This document shows, piece after piece, positions 36,601 through 47,972 of a stretch of 64,000 bases of DNA. A program made the translations under genes and the position numbers. The stretch lies in NCBI GenBank assembly GCA_965637545.1, contig OZ281497.1, positions 25,110,001 through 25,174,000 on the forward strand, written 5' to 3'. Source of the stretch: Phallusia mammillata (taxonomy: Eukaryota). Every line of letters begins with the position of its first letter. Positions within the stretch are counted from its first letter, which is position 1. The notes under the pieces are model-generated. The model was not told where the DNA came from, searched no databases, and saw only the letters and a list, made by a program, of their open reading frames with translations.

Positions 36601-39600
36601 ATCGTTGTGTTTAGGTGTTTAACCACGCAGGTCGCTTTTGTTTGCTTTCGAAATGCCATCCAAAACTGAAGCCTCGTGAACACAGCTAAAGCCATCTATT
36701 ACCACAAACACATATACCTCGTGCGGCTCCATTATCGACAACTACTGTGAAGCATGATTTATTATTCTGGCAAACCAATAAGGTCAACTTAATATTTGTT
36801 CGTGGATCAATAGATTCAGAACAGTTAGCTTGATATTTGTACTTGAATCATCATGGTTATGGATTTTCCACGACCAGACGTCACTGGAAAATTTCAATAA
36901 AATACTATGAGACAAACTGGCGCTTGGGACCCCATTGTCCCAGACCTAGGGCTCGCGGGGTCTGTTTAGAGGCAATGGGGCGCGATGAGATTTTCTCGCC
37001 TGGGGTACGAAATAACAGCACGTGACTTGGAAGGGCAGGGGCAATTAACTTCACCCCGTTAGTCACCCTGTGTAATATTGCCGGCTCAAACTTGATACGT
37101 CGGCTCCACTGAGATTTCGGAGTAGGCTCTTCCCCGCGCGGATAATTGTGACAAGTATTTCGGCACGCGCGTGCCCCTATTGTGACGCGGCATTCCAACT
37201 CGATGAATCGCGTCGCGCATTGATTGTTTTCCCGGCGCAAATAAACAGCGATTGGATCGAAACTGCACAACACATTTAGGCATGCTTTGGTCGCAACGGC
37301 TGTTTGGGCAATGCTTCCGAATTGCACGCGCTCTATACATGGGCATAGATGCGATCAGCGTTCTAAAATCGTGATAATATGGACGGAATCGCGATATCAA
37401 AATCTCCACCAGTTACGTGTGGTTGCCCGCACTTGTTTCCGTTTGAAACAGGCCAAACCTTGAAAAGAAATAACTCAGAGGGAAAGCAATCGCATAAACT
37501 ACAACATAAGTGACCTGGCCTATCGCTTCGATTGCAGAGTTTTAAATCCCTAACATATAGCCTTACCCCACGGGGACAAAACATGTTGATATTCTCAACT
37601 TGGCATTAGAGCAGTCTTTTATCTCAGCTTGGCAGACAATGGACCCGCCGAACGTCAACTCACTTGACACCCAGCAATGTCGTGACAGGGGGGCGATTAA
37701 GGGGGGCTCGACGTGGCCCCCGCGTGAGAAACAAGATCGCCACGTCAGTTAACCCAGCGATGACGCAGGGGGCCTCAATGGTGTGATTGTTTGGTAAACT
37801 CGGGACAATTCTTGCTGGCATTGTAGCTTTGCAACGCGCTGTCGAGTAAAAACGCTTTGTACATTTGAAAAGCTGTGTTGCATCAAAACTGGGACTTCGA
37901 ACTTCCATTTGCTTGAAGCATCCCTGAAAACATGACCTCTATATTTTACCGGCGCCGCATGTGGCAAGGACTTAAGCAGTGGACAGTGTAGAATGTTATG
38001 GAGCAAGCTTATTGCATCCTGTAACAGAAACCAGTTTTACCGGATTGAAGTCGTTAAAATAGTTTTGATTGTTCAAAATGCATCCGCTTTCAGTGTTAAC
38101 AGCAATTTGCCGTCAAACAATTCAATATTATCCAGTGGGTAACATTTCCTGAATACAACCACAACCGTTTTTGCACGTGAGGCCAAGACACAAAATAACG
38201 GATACCGCGATATTTACGAGTAGCGCGGTTCGTGATGAGTTTGAGAATCGCGCGCCTTCTGTCTTTTCCTCTCGAATAACCGCTTCCCGCAAGTTTGCTG
38301 GACCGAGGCTTCGATATTAATCCTCACCCGGGGCCATTTGATTGCAGTGGCATGCATGACCACAAAATAATCGCAACGAACACCCAATGTCAGTTACTTG
38401 GTGTTGATCGCATTGCGCAAAAACTCTGGCGGTCAACATGTTTACAAAATGCATTGCTTGCCAAATAGACCAACGACACTTCGGTATCTGAATACTGATG
38501 CTGTATTGCGATATTAAATGCCCGTGTGGTTTGAGGCATTTAATATGCGTTGAGAATACAATGCAATATTGGGCTTTTGTAATACTGTAGTACAAGTCGG
38601 TTGATTTGAGTTGAGCTATATTTATTTCGTTTGTCAAAAGAAACCATAGCGACACAATTGCATAAAAAACAATCCCCAATCCGGAAATAGCTTCGCAACG
38701 TTGAAACGTTATGGAGCACAATACAGTGAAGGGCACAGTTGGTGGACAATGGCTGAACGCCTATTTTCTCACGTTTACGCCTTATCGCACTACGAACATC
38801 AAAACTTACCCATAAGTGTCTGTAACACATTAATCCCACAGCCTCATAATAATTTTACGTATATATCCCTATATAAAGTTATTCAAATTTAACTAGTGTA
38901 AGGGCCTCCGATATAATGATTGGTTGCCTTGCAATATAATAAAGACGTACCTTTGTGCATCATTTGAACAACAATCGTTTGTTCTTGCAGATCGACGATG
39001 ACGTACAACGACACATAAACCGACAAATTGAACGTGGATTTGACGGCATTAGTTCATCCATCACTCGCCACTATGAGATTTATTCGCGTATAACCGGAAA
39101 ACGAGTCCAAATGAAAGGACGAAAAGTGGACGCAAATGGCAAAGTTGGAAGCAAAAATGGTGAGTAGAATTTTGCAGCAGATGAATTCCAACAAATACTA
39201 CAAGTTATTTTTGTTTGTTTTTTGCTGTGTATTATATAACTTTTTATTCTCTCTCTTGATTTCTTAATCTCTAAATGTCCTCTTCCTCTCTTTATTTCTC
39301 TCTGTCTCTCTCTTTCTCTTACTTTCTCTTTTTTTACATTCTATTGCAGCCCAACATTTTTTTACTCTTCTATATAAATACAGCATCTTTTTTTACTTTT
39401 AAAAGATGATTTCTTGATCTCTATATCTCTCTATGTCCTCTATTTAGTTCTCACTCACTTTCTCTCTCTCACTCTCTGTATCTTTCTTTCTCTTTCTCTC
39501 TCACTCTTTGCATCCCTACATGTTTTACTTCATCACACAGTAAAAACAATTAAACCCATTCAAACCAAACGTTCCAAAGGCCCATTTATGACAAACAAGG

Positions 39601-42600
39601 CCGATTGTCTTGTTCAGTAGGTGAAGTATTGGGAACCTGTAGTTATGTCATCGTTTCGGTTAGATGGGAATCGGGCGATTAATTTTCTCGACCGTAATCG
39701 GATCTTAATACACGCCGGTGGTTAGACCGTTGACTATCTTAGTGAAATCAAAGTTGCCAGCATACACCTGTTGTGTTCAAATCAGTATATCAATAACAAA
39801 CAGCTGGTGAGAAAATGCAACAAAGTAATTTATTGATCTCGACCTTTTTTTCAAACCATTTTGAGCCTTAGTTTTATGAAAATTGTTTCTTCCATTATCG
39901 TAATCAAGATAGATGAGAGCGTGTTTTATGGATCTTGTGTAAAATCTTAATTAACTGACACCTACGCAAGTGCATTAACTGAAAAACCAAAAATATAGGA
40001 CAGTGGTTCCAAACCTTTTTCGACGAATCCTTACCTTAACAATTAAAAACATTCCCAATAGACTACATAGTAGATGCTAAACCAAATAAATAAGACTTGA
40101 AATTGGGTGTTTTTTGGTATTAATGATTTTACATTTCACAGGTTACATTCCCAGAGATAAAGCGTCTATTTGTACAAACCACATATGGTTTCAATACATT
40201 GCGTGTATCAGTCCTGTGAAAAGTAGGCACTTAAAGTTGTTTTTTGCATTTTTAAGACATAAGCAAAGCATGGGAAACACCAAAGCCAGTTTTATGTCGG
40301 TAAAGCATTTCAACTCAAGTATAAACTTATAATGGTCGCCACTTTAGTTGGGTTTCAGTTGCGGTTTGACTTGGCTCTGCGCCACACGGGTCGCCCCGTA
40401 CTTGGTCCGTACACGGCAAAGGAGTCTTCTCTTACTTGATTGATCGTTTACCTGTTAACAGTTGCTTACCAACAAACGTCACGTGCCGATCACGTGTCCT
40501 CCTGCCCCCCAATACTTGGAAGCTCTTGAAAACGATATCGTTGGTTTAAAAATGAATTTGTATCAAAGTTTGTGTACACTTAAAAAGTATATGAAATGTT
40601 TGTTGATTTTAATGTAGTTTTGTTTGTGATAATCTTACAATACAAGTGCTATAACAGCACGGTAGTAATACTCATTTCCGATGTGGACCTTTAATGTTCG
40701 CCGCCGCTGAGGTGTTTTCCTCACAAACCCATTGATGATGCAATTCAATGTCTATCGTGACGTCATCATTTCGTAACCCAGCAAGCCGCGCATCCGATGA
40801 GATATAACACACAAAGTGATATCAGCGGCAAAAAAACGTTTAATTTTAATCAAACATTTTACCTGAGAACATAGAAATCGTACCAAACCGTGACGTCATC
40901 ACCGTACCTGTCACGTGCGATTTGAGCGATTGCGTTTTGGACGAAACTAGAACGTCGCGGCGCGCGCGTTTATTTATTTGTTCGCTCCGTTGGTTGGTTG
41001 GTTGGTTGGTTCGCGTATATAAGGTCAAGTCGTCACGATTTCAGCAATGGGCGACGGCGTTTTGTTACTATAATGGGCCTATTTGTTGCAACTTGTCAAG
41101 TTAGGGTTAACGGATACATTTGTCGGCGGTGTCGAGTGGCGCGAGACTCGGTCTCTAAACTTGGTCAAGTTGTCGCTTCAAACCGATTCACGGAAGAGCC
41201 GGTTCTCTATACAAGTTTGTCAGATATTTGATGGCATTCAAGATGTTTGTGTTTGTACGACCCATAGAATTTTATGAAAAGCCCATGTTTACATGCAGAT
41301 AGGTTAAGGACCCTATCATCTTTCCTTTTCTCTATCTTGTAGTGTAATTTTCGCAATGTATAAAATTGCATTCCGGAATACCATCGTTTAACACCAAACA
41401 CTTCTTCTTCACAGCAAAATTCGCCTTTCACTCTTACATGTTCGGAGGCCAGATAATGATTCAAAGCGTAGCTAACGGACGTTACTTGTGCATGAAGAAA
41501 AGCGGAAGACTGACTGGACGAAGGAGTGTTAAGGTAAGGAAACAATCCCCTTATACTATAAAATCTAGTTTGCAGCTTCCAGTACTGGCTTTATGATATG
41601 AGACTAGTAGTGGTTACTATGTCGAGATAGACATAAAGGGCGCATAAACTCTGGGTGGCCTTGATTCGACTTTGTTTGAAGGTAATTTACCAACGATCTA
41701 ACAGTGGATGGATTTCATAACTACCAGCTTAAAAGGAAATACCGACGACAGGCAAATTGTCGTAACGCTAAAACTTAATTTATCATTCGTGCTTCAATTT
41801 TTACCCCAATCCCAGCGCCTCGCTCCACTCGTCTCGGTTCTCATAACTCCCGAGTCCCCTACTGTTATGGGAGCCATGCTCTCTTGTTTGCACACGATAG
41901 TACTTACGCTGTTTTATAGCTCACCTATGTCGTAAAATTCAGGCCACCGACGACGCTGTACCCGCACTATAACACCTAATTGTGCGTTTAACAAGAAAAC
42001 ACCATCACGAATCAAATTTGCCATGATCAAGTTCTGCTTTTGTGGGTATCAAAATTGGTCCAGCTGCTGCGAACTGATGCTTTTGATTGATGGCTGTCCG
42101 GTCGTACTGTCATGCATGACTCGTTACGGTTAGTCACCCGTGACTATTAACACCGAAGCGGCTCTTTAATGACGTGAAACCCAACGCGCGATGTTACCGT
42201 GAGAACGAGGGGCCGATGTCGCTGCAGTCTGCTTTATATTAGTGGGGATCATTCAGACGCCGAAGTATTTGACTCTCGCCAGTCAAGGTGCGGACTTAAC
42301 ACTGTGAAAACATGACTGGCCAAAGTTTGTACAAATTAAGTGCTGTCGCCAATCCTGGGGTTTTCTATTTTCTCAGACTGTCTCGTTTGCATTTGAGGAA
42401 TCGGAATTCGCACTAAACTGTTAGGCCAAATGCTTAAAATATCCTCTACACCTAAAGCTGCATGTCCATGCACAGATTTCCTATATGCAGTCTTATTATT
42501 CTATAAATCGCTTTATAAATAGCAATACACTTACAAAACGGGGTAAATTGGGGGGTTGTAATTAGTTTTTGTTTGGGATTATAGCGTTTCCTTAAATGAA

Positions 42601-44687
42601 CAACGACTTGCATTTGGAAATGTCGTCAAAACAAGCGTGACAATGCAATAAACCTCGCGGCGCTAATATAACAAATCACGGTTCCACTGACTGCGTTCAG
42701 CTTGTCCCCAAAAGCTCCCAACAACACGTGTTCATTGCTAGGGCGGGAAAAGGGGCAACCGACCTGTTATTTTAAAAGGCATTCCGTCTCCGCTGGGACA
42801 CACAATACCAGGTACGGGCCTTGCTAAGCTAAGCGCAGAGTGTACTTAGCACCGCAGCTATTAGGTACTGACTCTAGAAATCTCAGATTCACGTTTAACC
42901 AAATGCAAAATGAGAACTTGTTCGGCGTATTCTGCAGGTAAATGCTGTTTCTCGCTTGTTACCTTGGCAACAGCGGCGGTATATTTGACAAGCTAGTGCC
43001 CAGAAACGACGAATTTAAGTAAACAAAGTTGCGATTATGGGTCTATAAATTTGTCGCCAAACAAATAAAAAAATTTACGTCATTTTATTTTTGGTGCCGG
43101 CTACCATGCGATTTTTTTCCCGCCAAAACGTTTCCGCTTTACACCTTTTCGAAGCGAGCGCGTCTCTACTGACTCAACGACAACATAACGAATGATTAAA
43201 GTGCAAAAAGTCGCGAAAATCGGGCGACATCCGGCCGATATCGCTCCGGCCGACCCTCGGACGTTTATGAATCAGCAAAATCACATCAAAACACGCACTT
43301 GTCGGTGTGGACGCTAACTGATAGCAATCTCCTCAGTGGGTGGGAATGAATGCTTTACTGTAGTGCGCACCTATGCTCAAATATTATTGTACGTCATCAG
43401 TGACGTAGTTTGCGGTGATTCACTGCCTCCTTGGAAAGTGGGTCAGTGTGTCAACCGGACGTTAAGTATAACGCGGCTTGGGTTGTCTGGATCGGTCATT
43501 GTTGATGGAAATGACGCCTAAAAAGCTAGACGATTTCACAAATGTTGGGCAATTCCCACATTTACTGCAAATGTAAACCGAAGTGCCGTTAGATAGCTAC
43601 ACTAGCCCACGCGGTCAATCTCCTGTCACTACCTGTGCTGATGAGACCTTATAAGGTCGAAAACAGCTTGCACTACATTAGCTCACTTCTTATTGCAAAT
43701 TGATTCCTGTTAAAGCACACTAGTATGATACATGTAAAGTTTGGTTGTGTACACCAAAACGATAAAAATATGCCAATCAAAGTTTAAGCGTACGATATAA
43801 CTTAAGCATGAAACTAAACATGTATTTTTTGCTTGCAGAATCGATCAGGGATCAACAAATACTGTGTCTTCACGGAGCAAATGACTGAGGGTTATTACGA
43901 CGTTTTCCGTAACTTCCAACGACCGAGTTGGTTTCTCGGTTTCAAAGCAAACGGAAGACCAAAGCGTGGGGACAGAACCGCGATGGGACAACAAGAAGTC
44001 GTGCTACTAAAAATCGCTCAAGACCAGTCCAAAACCACCGAAACCGGAGGCATGTGGCTCGATTTGGAGCAACGGATTCGTGAAGCTTTTATAAAGGGAA
44101 CCATTGCTCGGCCTGCTCAGGTCAATGCTTTGCGTTCACGACAGCAGACCATAGAGTTTACTAACGACGGCGGAAAAACTACGCAAACGTTACGAAACGT
44201 TATGTCTGACGCACCCGGCAAAGGCGACTTCGAAACTGAAATCGAAAAACGCCGGAACATTACTTCATTCCTCACCGACGGAAGTGACATCACGCTGCCA
44301 CCGCAGGAGTCCGTCTCTACCGCCACCGCGTGGCATTCTCGCGCCACCAGAAAACGTGACCGCGCCAGGAAAAACCGTAAACGAAATAAGAAAAACCGTA
44401 AAAACCGGACAGCGAAGCCTACACCAGGTTCTTCTAACATTGACTCTTCTGTCTCAGTCAGCGATCGGGCGGAATCGAATGCTAGCCACGACGCTGCACA
44501 GAATTTTGTTGCCGACTACAGGACTCACAGGCCACAGGTCGTTGTTGATCCTCCAACTATTCCCTCCGTGCTGAAAATTAGGCGGACGACGGTGTCAAAA
44601 CGCACAAGAAGAAAAAGGACAAAAAGTCCCAGGAACCACAAAAGAGCGCGTAAAAACAAGAAAAGTAGAAAAAACGGCAAAACGTGA
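27671..44687 (+). CDS. FGF8/17/18: Fibroblast growth factor FGF8/17/18, 4 coding exons, ~409 aa
   Basis: Exons 27671-27763 (hydrophobic N-terminus; linkage inferred from phase 0), 38991-39159, 41415-41533, 43839-44687. The FGF8-subfamily core is RHYEIYSRITGKRVQ...AKFAFHSYMFGGQIMIQSVANGRYLCMKKSGRL...YCVFTE...W FLGFKANGRPKRGDRT...QQEV. Splice phases are consistent. Confidence 0.88.
39240..39520 (+). repeat. CT-rich polypyrimidine / (CT)n low-complexity tract
   Basis: About 280 nt of nearly pure C/T with many CTCT runs, just after FGF exon 2. Confidence 0.8.
40990..41011. repeat. (TTGG)n microsatellite
   Basis: ttggttggttggttggttggtt. Confidence 0.85.
41016..41046 (+). promoter_or_regulatory. 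TATA plus Inr-like core promoter inside FGF intron 2
   Basis: TATATAAG at 41016-41023 and TCAGCA at 41041-41046. Upstream are two GTGACGTCATC sites, a CpG run (gtcgcggcgcgcgcg) and (TTGG)5. Confidence 0.3.
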
Positions 44688-47654
44688 AGCATTTTTATGT
44701 AAAAATTTGCGAAATGCCTTAAATCCGTGCCTTGGAGATCTCACGAGTGGAAGGAGGTGCTCGAAAGCACGTATCGAAAAGTTTCAAAATATAACAATTT
44801 CGCGAAGATTTCAATGTGTCTTGGTACTTTGCCCAGCTGCTCAACACCCAAAACCCTGTCATCCGCCTTCAGTGATCTGTATTTTGTCCGCGCCTTTCCA
44901 AAATGGCAGAAATTTACTTTTGCTCCCTTTTCTGTTTTCTTTCCTTAACGTGCAATATATTTCCGTGACACCTTTGATGTTGAGTGTTGTCGTACGCCCT
45001 CGTGCTCTTCTTTACTCTTTTTGTCAGTGACGTCATCAACATTACGTCACAACTCGCTGTCGATATATCCGCACTCGGCGTGGTGTGTGATGGGATTTTA
45101 CCATGGTTACAAATCGATAATATTTGTTTTTAATAGACGAGAAACACTCAAATAGTCAACGTTTTGTATGGAAAGCTCACTTTATACACAGAAAATTATT
45201 AAATTCGATTACAATACTATATTCCCGCGAAATATTACCAGCTACAGAAGAAGGAACGGAAATATTTGTGTCAAAATTTGTCAAAACAAAATATTGTATG
45301 CGTTGAGAGTAAAGCGCCTTAGCATGAGAAGTTTATATTAGCACAAGTTATTATTTTCTTTCTATTACGCTTTTCTTTTTACGACGATGTTTACTTTTTT
45401 GTTTCGACAGTTTGTTTTTCTTCGTTTGGTTGTCTGTTAATTTATTAAATTCAACAAAAACTGATTTAGAGTTTGATAAAAAAGCATAGCAGTGTCACAA
45501 TCCAAATAGACAGACTCAGAATAAATAGACAGACTCAGAAAATTGTAAGCATATTTAAGTTGATTTCAGATGCTAAGTAATCGTTACTCTGCATTTTTAC
45601 AACCTGTCGTTTATTCGAAGCATAAGGGCAAAAGAAACAAACTGTTCACAAAATGAATATTTCATGTACAGCAACTTCATTCCCCATGTATTCAGTTTAT
45701 TTTAGTCACCAAAAATCCCATTTGTCATTTTCTCTTTTCTGTGATGTGTTACAAGGAAAAACAAAAAAAACGTTAAGATTTTTCAAACTGAATTTTCCAA
45801 TAAGATCATTTCCTTGTTGACATGAAATAACCCCCAACAGGATTTTCGAGGCCTAACCCGTCGTTGGCAAAAGCGATAACGCCAACATAATCAGTGCGGT
45901 GACACGTTCGACCCAACACACAAACACTGACGCCGCTTGTTAGGTTAAATAACGACGAGTAAACACGATTCGCACCACGCTTAGCTAGCGCCACACCCTG
46001 CTATACGCAATGTGTCAACGTTCCCCGCCGCCTCTGGAGAGCCAGAAAAACCAGGAAAGGCCTTTTGCGCCGATACAGCCGATCTAACTGCACAAATAAA
46101 CAACTCTTTGAGGGGCGCGCGTGCTGTTGTTAGAGGAACGATACTTGGCATGGTACCGCTTCCGCCTCTCGCCATACTCGAATGCGAATGAAGGGCAAAG
46201 GCTCGCGCAATATCATAAACAAACTCGCGTGCCTTTTTGCTTCGATATTATCGTATAAATAGACCTCGGCTATTTCGGTGCTTGACGGGCGACAAACTTG
46301 CGGCGCCGGTGGCCGCGAAGTTTTTCTTTTCACCGATGGCTTGTTTCCGATTTTTGCGCCTCGCTTGGTTAAAGCTGATGACAAAAGTTAGGTTTGTCCG
46401 AATTTAGGCGTCGCAATTCGACTAAGGGTCTTGGAATGTATGTGTACAAACTGAACATGGGTTGTCCAGCTTCGGGTGTTATTTATTCGAGGTGTTGCCC
46501 TGGAAACGGGCAGATGTCATGTGATTTTGGTTGGGTTTTATATTTTCCTACACAAGAACAATATTGTGTACTTCTGTGTTTGCTTGTATTTCGACCGGAA
46601 AAACCATGCCATTGGGCCCAAAATCTGCAAAATGTACATATATAACCCACTAAAATTTAGATCTGTACAAAAACTGTGTCCATTTTGCTCATCATACCCA
46701 AAATCAAAGCAACTTTCTTCTTCAGCACAGAAAGCGAAATTAAATTTTATGTGATGAGGACTTTCACAGAATTTATCTATACAATACACATTGGAGCTTG
46801 TTACCTTGAGGTAAAATGTTTTAATATGGGTATTCTTGTTTTCTTTATTTTAATAAGGTGAGCCATTCAGGTAAACCAACTAAAAATCAGTAATTAAAGC
46901 AGTTTTAAACACCTGTCGTCTGTTTTGAACCAAAATTTACATTTCCTATACCATTCAGGTTTACTTAAATTAACCACAAGCCGTCAGCAATGGAAACTTT
47001 ACTCCATCTGACACATTGAGCAACAAACTCGGCTCGATTAATCAATTTCAGCGGACTTTTTGGTATCATCGTGTCCAGTACCAGCTGCAGGTGTCACTGA
47101 TGTCAACGACAATTTGTCGGTTTTTGCTACAAACACAGGAAATCGCGTGTTTAACCTGCCTTACAACCTGAGGCCCGGAAAACAGAGGATTTCAGCTTGC
47201 TGATCACACCCTGGTTAACTCCTACTCGTCGCTGACAAAAGCTGTCAAGTGGAGTTTGACACGCACGTAATAGCGCTTTGTCGCAAGCGATTGATGTGGT
47301 CCATGTTGTTCGTCGTCTTGCGAAACTCCTGTCTGGAACTTGCTAATAATTGCGACACGTTTATTGTTTCTTGGGAAACTTCTTCGTTTTCTGTACTTAG
47401 TAAGTTTCGCATTTTTCCATTTTTTTAGTAAGGTTTAAACCAGTAATAATAATGAAATGTGGTGTCGTTTTTTTAAATATACCTTTGCGTTCCATAACGT
47501 TTCCTTTATAAGTAGACATATACGGACCACCAAATTTCGTTTTTTTTTTGAAGTACTAACCAAGGTTCTTCCACAACCTAACCTTTACTAATTATGTTAT
47601 ATTAAGGGACATTTCGGGCATTGTTTGCTGTAGACATTTTGTTTTCACCTAAAT

Positions 47655-47972
47655 CAGTGGTTCCCAAACTTTTTTCTTTTAAGGCGCATTTTCGAAAAAA
47701 CAAAAATTATTTGGCGCACTTCGAACATTTGAATAATTTTTTAGCTGACAAAGGCACTAACTATGAGGTCATAAAGCCGCTATACAGGTCACTCTCATAG
47801 TTAAATAGCCTAGTTGAACATCTCAGAGACGTGGAGCATGTTGGCCTAGTGGTCTAAGCACCTGGTACTACTGCTCTACTTGATAGATTTTAATTTCAGT
47901 GTTTTTTGCGGCACACCTAATGACATCTCGCGGCACACAAGTGTGCCGCGGCGCATAGTTTGGGAACCACTG
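47655..47972. mobile_element. hAT MITE family B, copy 2
   Basis: Same TIRs as 11669-11988, inverted orientation; perfect TSD acctaaat. Confidence 0.92.

Noticed and set aside
35065-38839. Several 100-140 aa minus-strand ORFs within FGF intron 1
   Set aside because: No recognisable homology, non-ATG or low-complexity starts, and no consistent exon chain.
40001-40030. hAT-like end CAGTGGTTCCAAACCTTTT (similar solo ends near 23010 and 62390)
   Set aside because: No partner TIR or TSD was found, so these are only remnants.
44117-44574. Overlapping antisense and alternative-frame ORFs on FGF exon 4
   Set aside because: These are shadows of the real coding exon.
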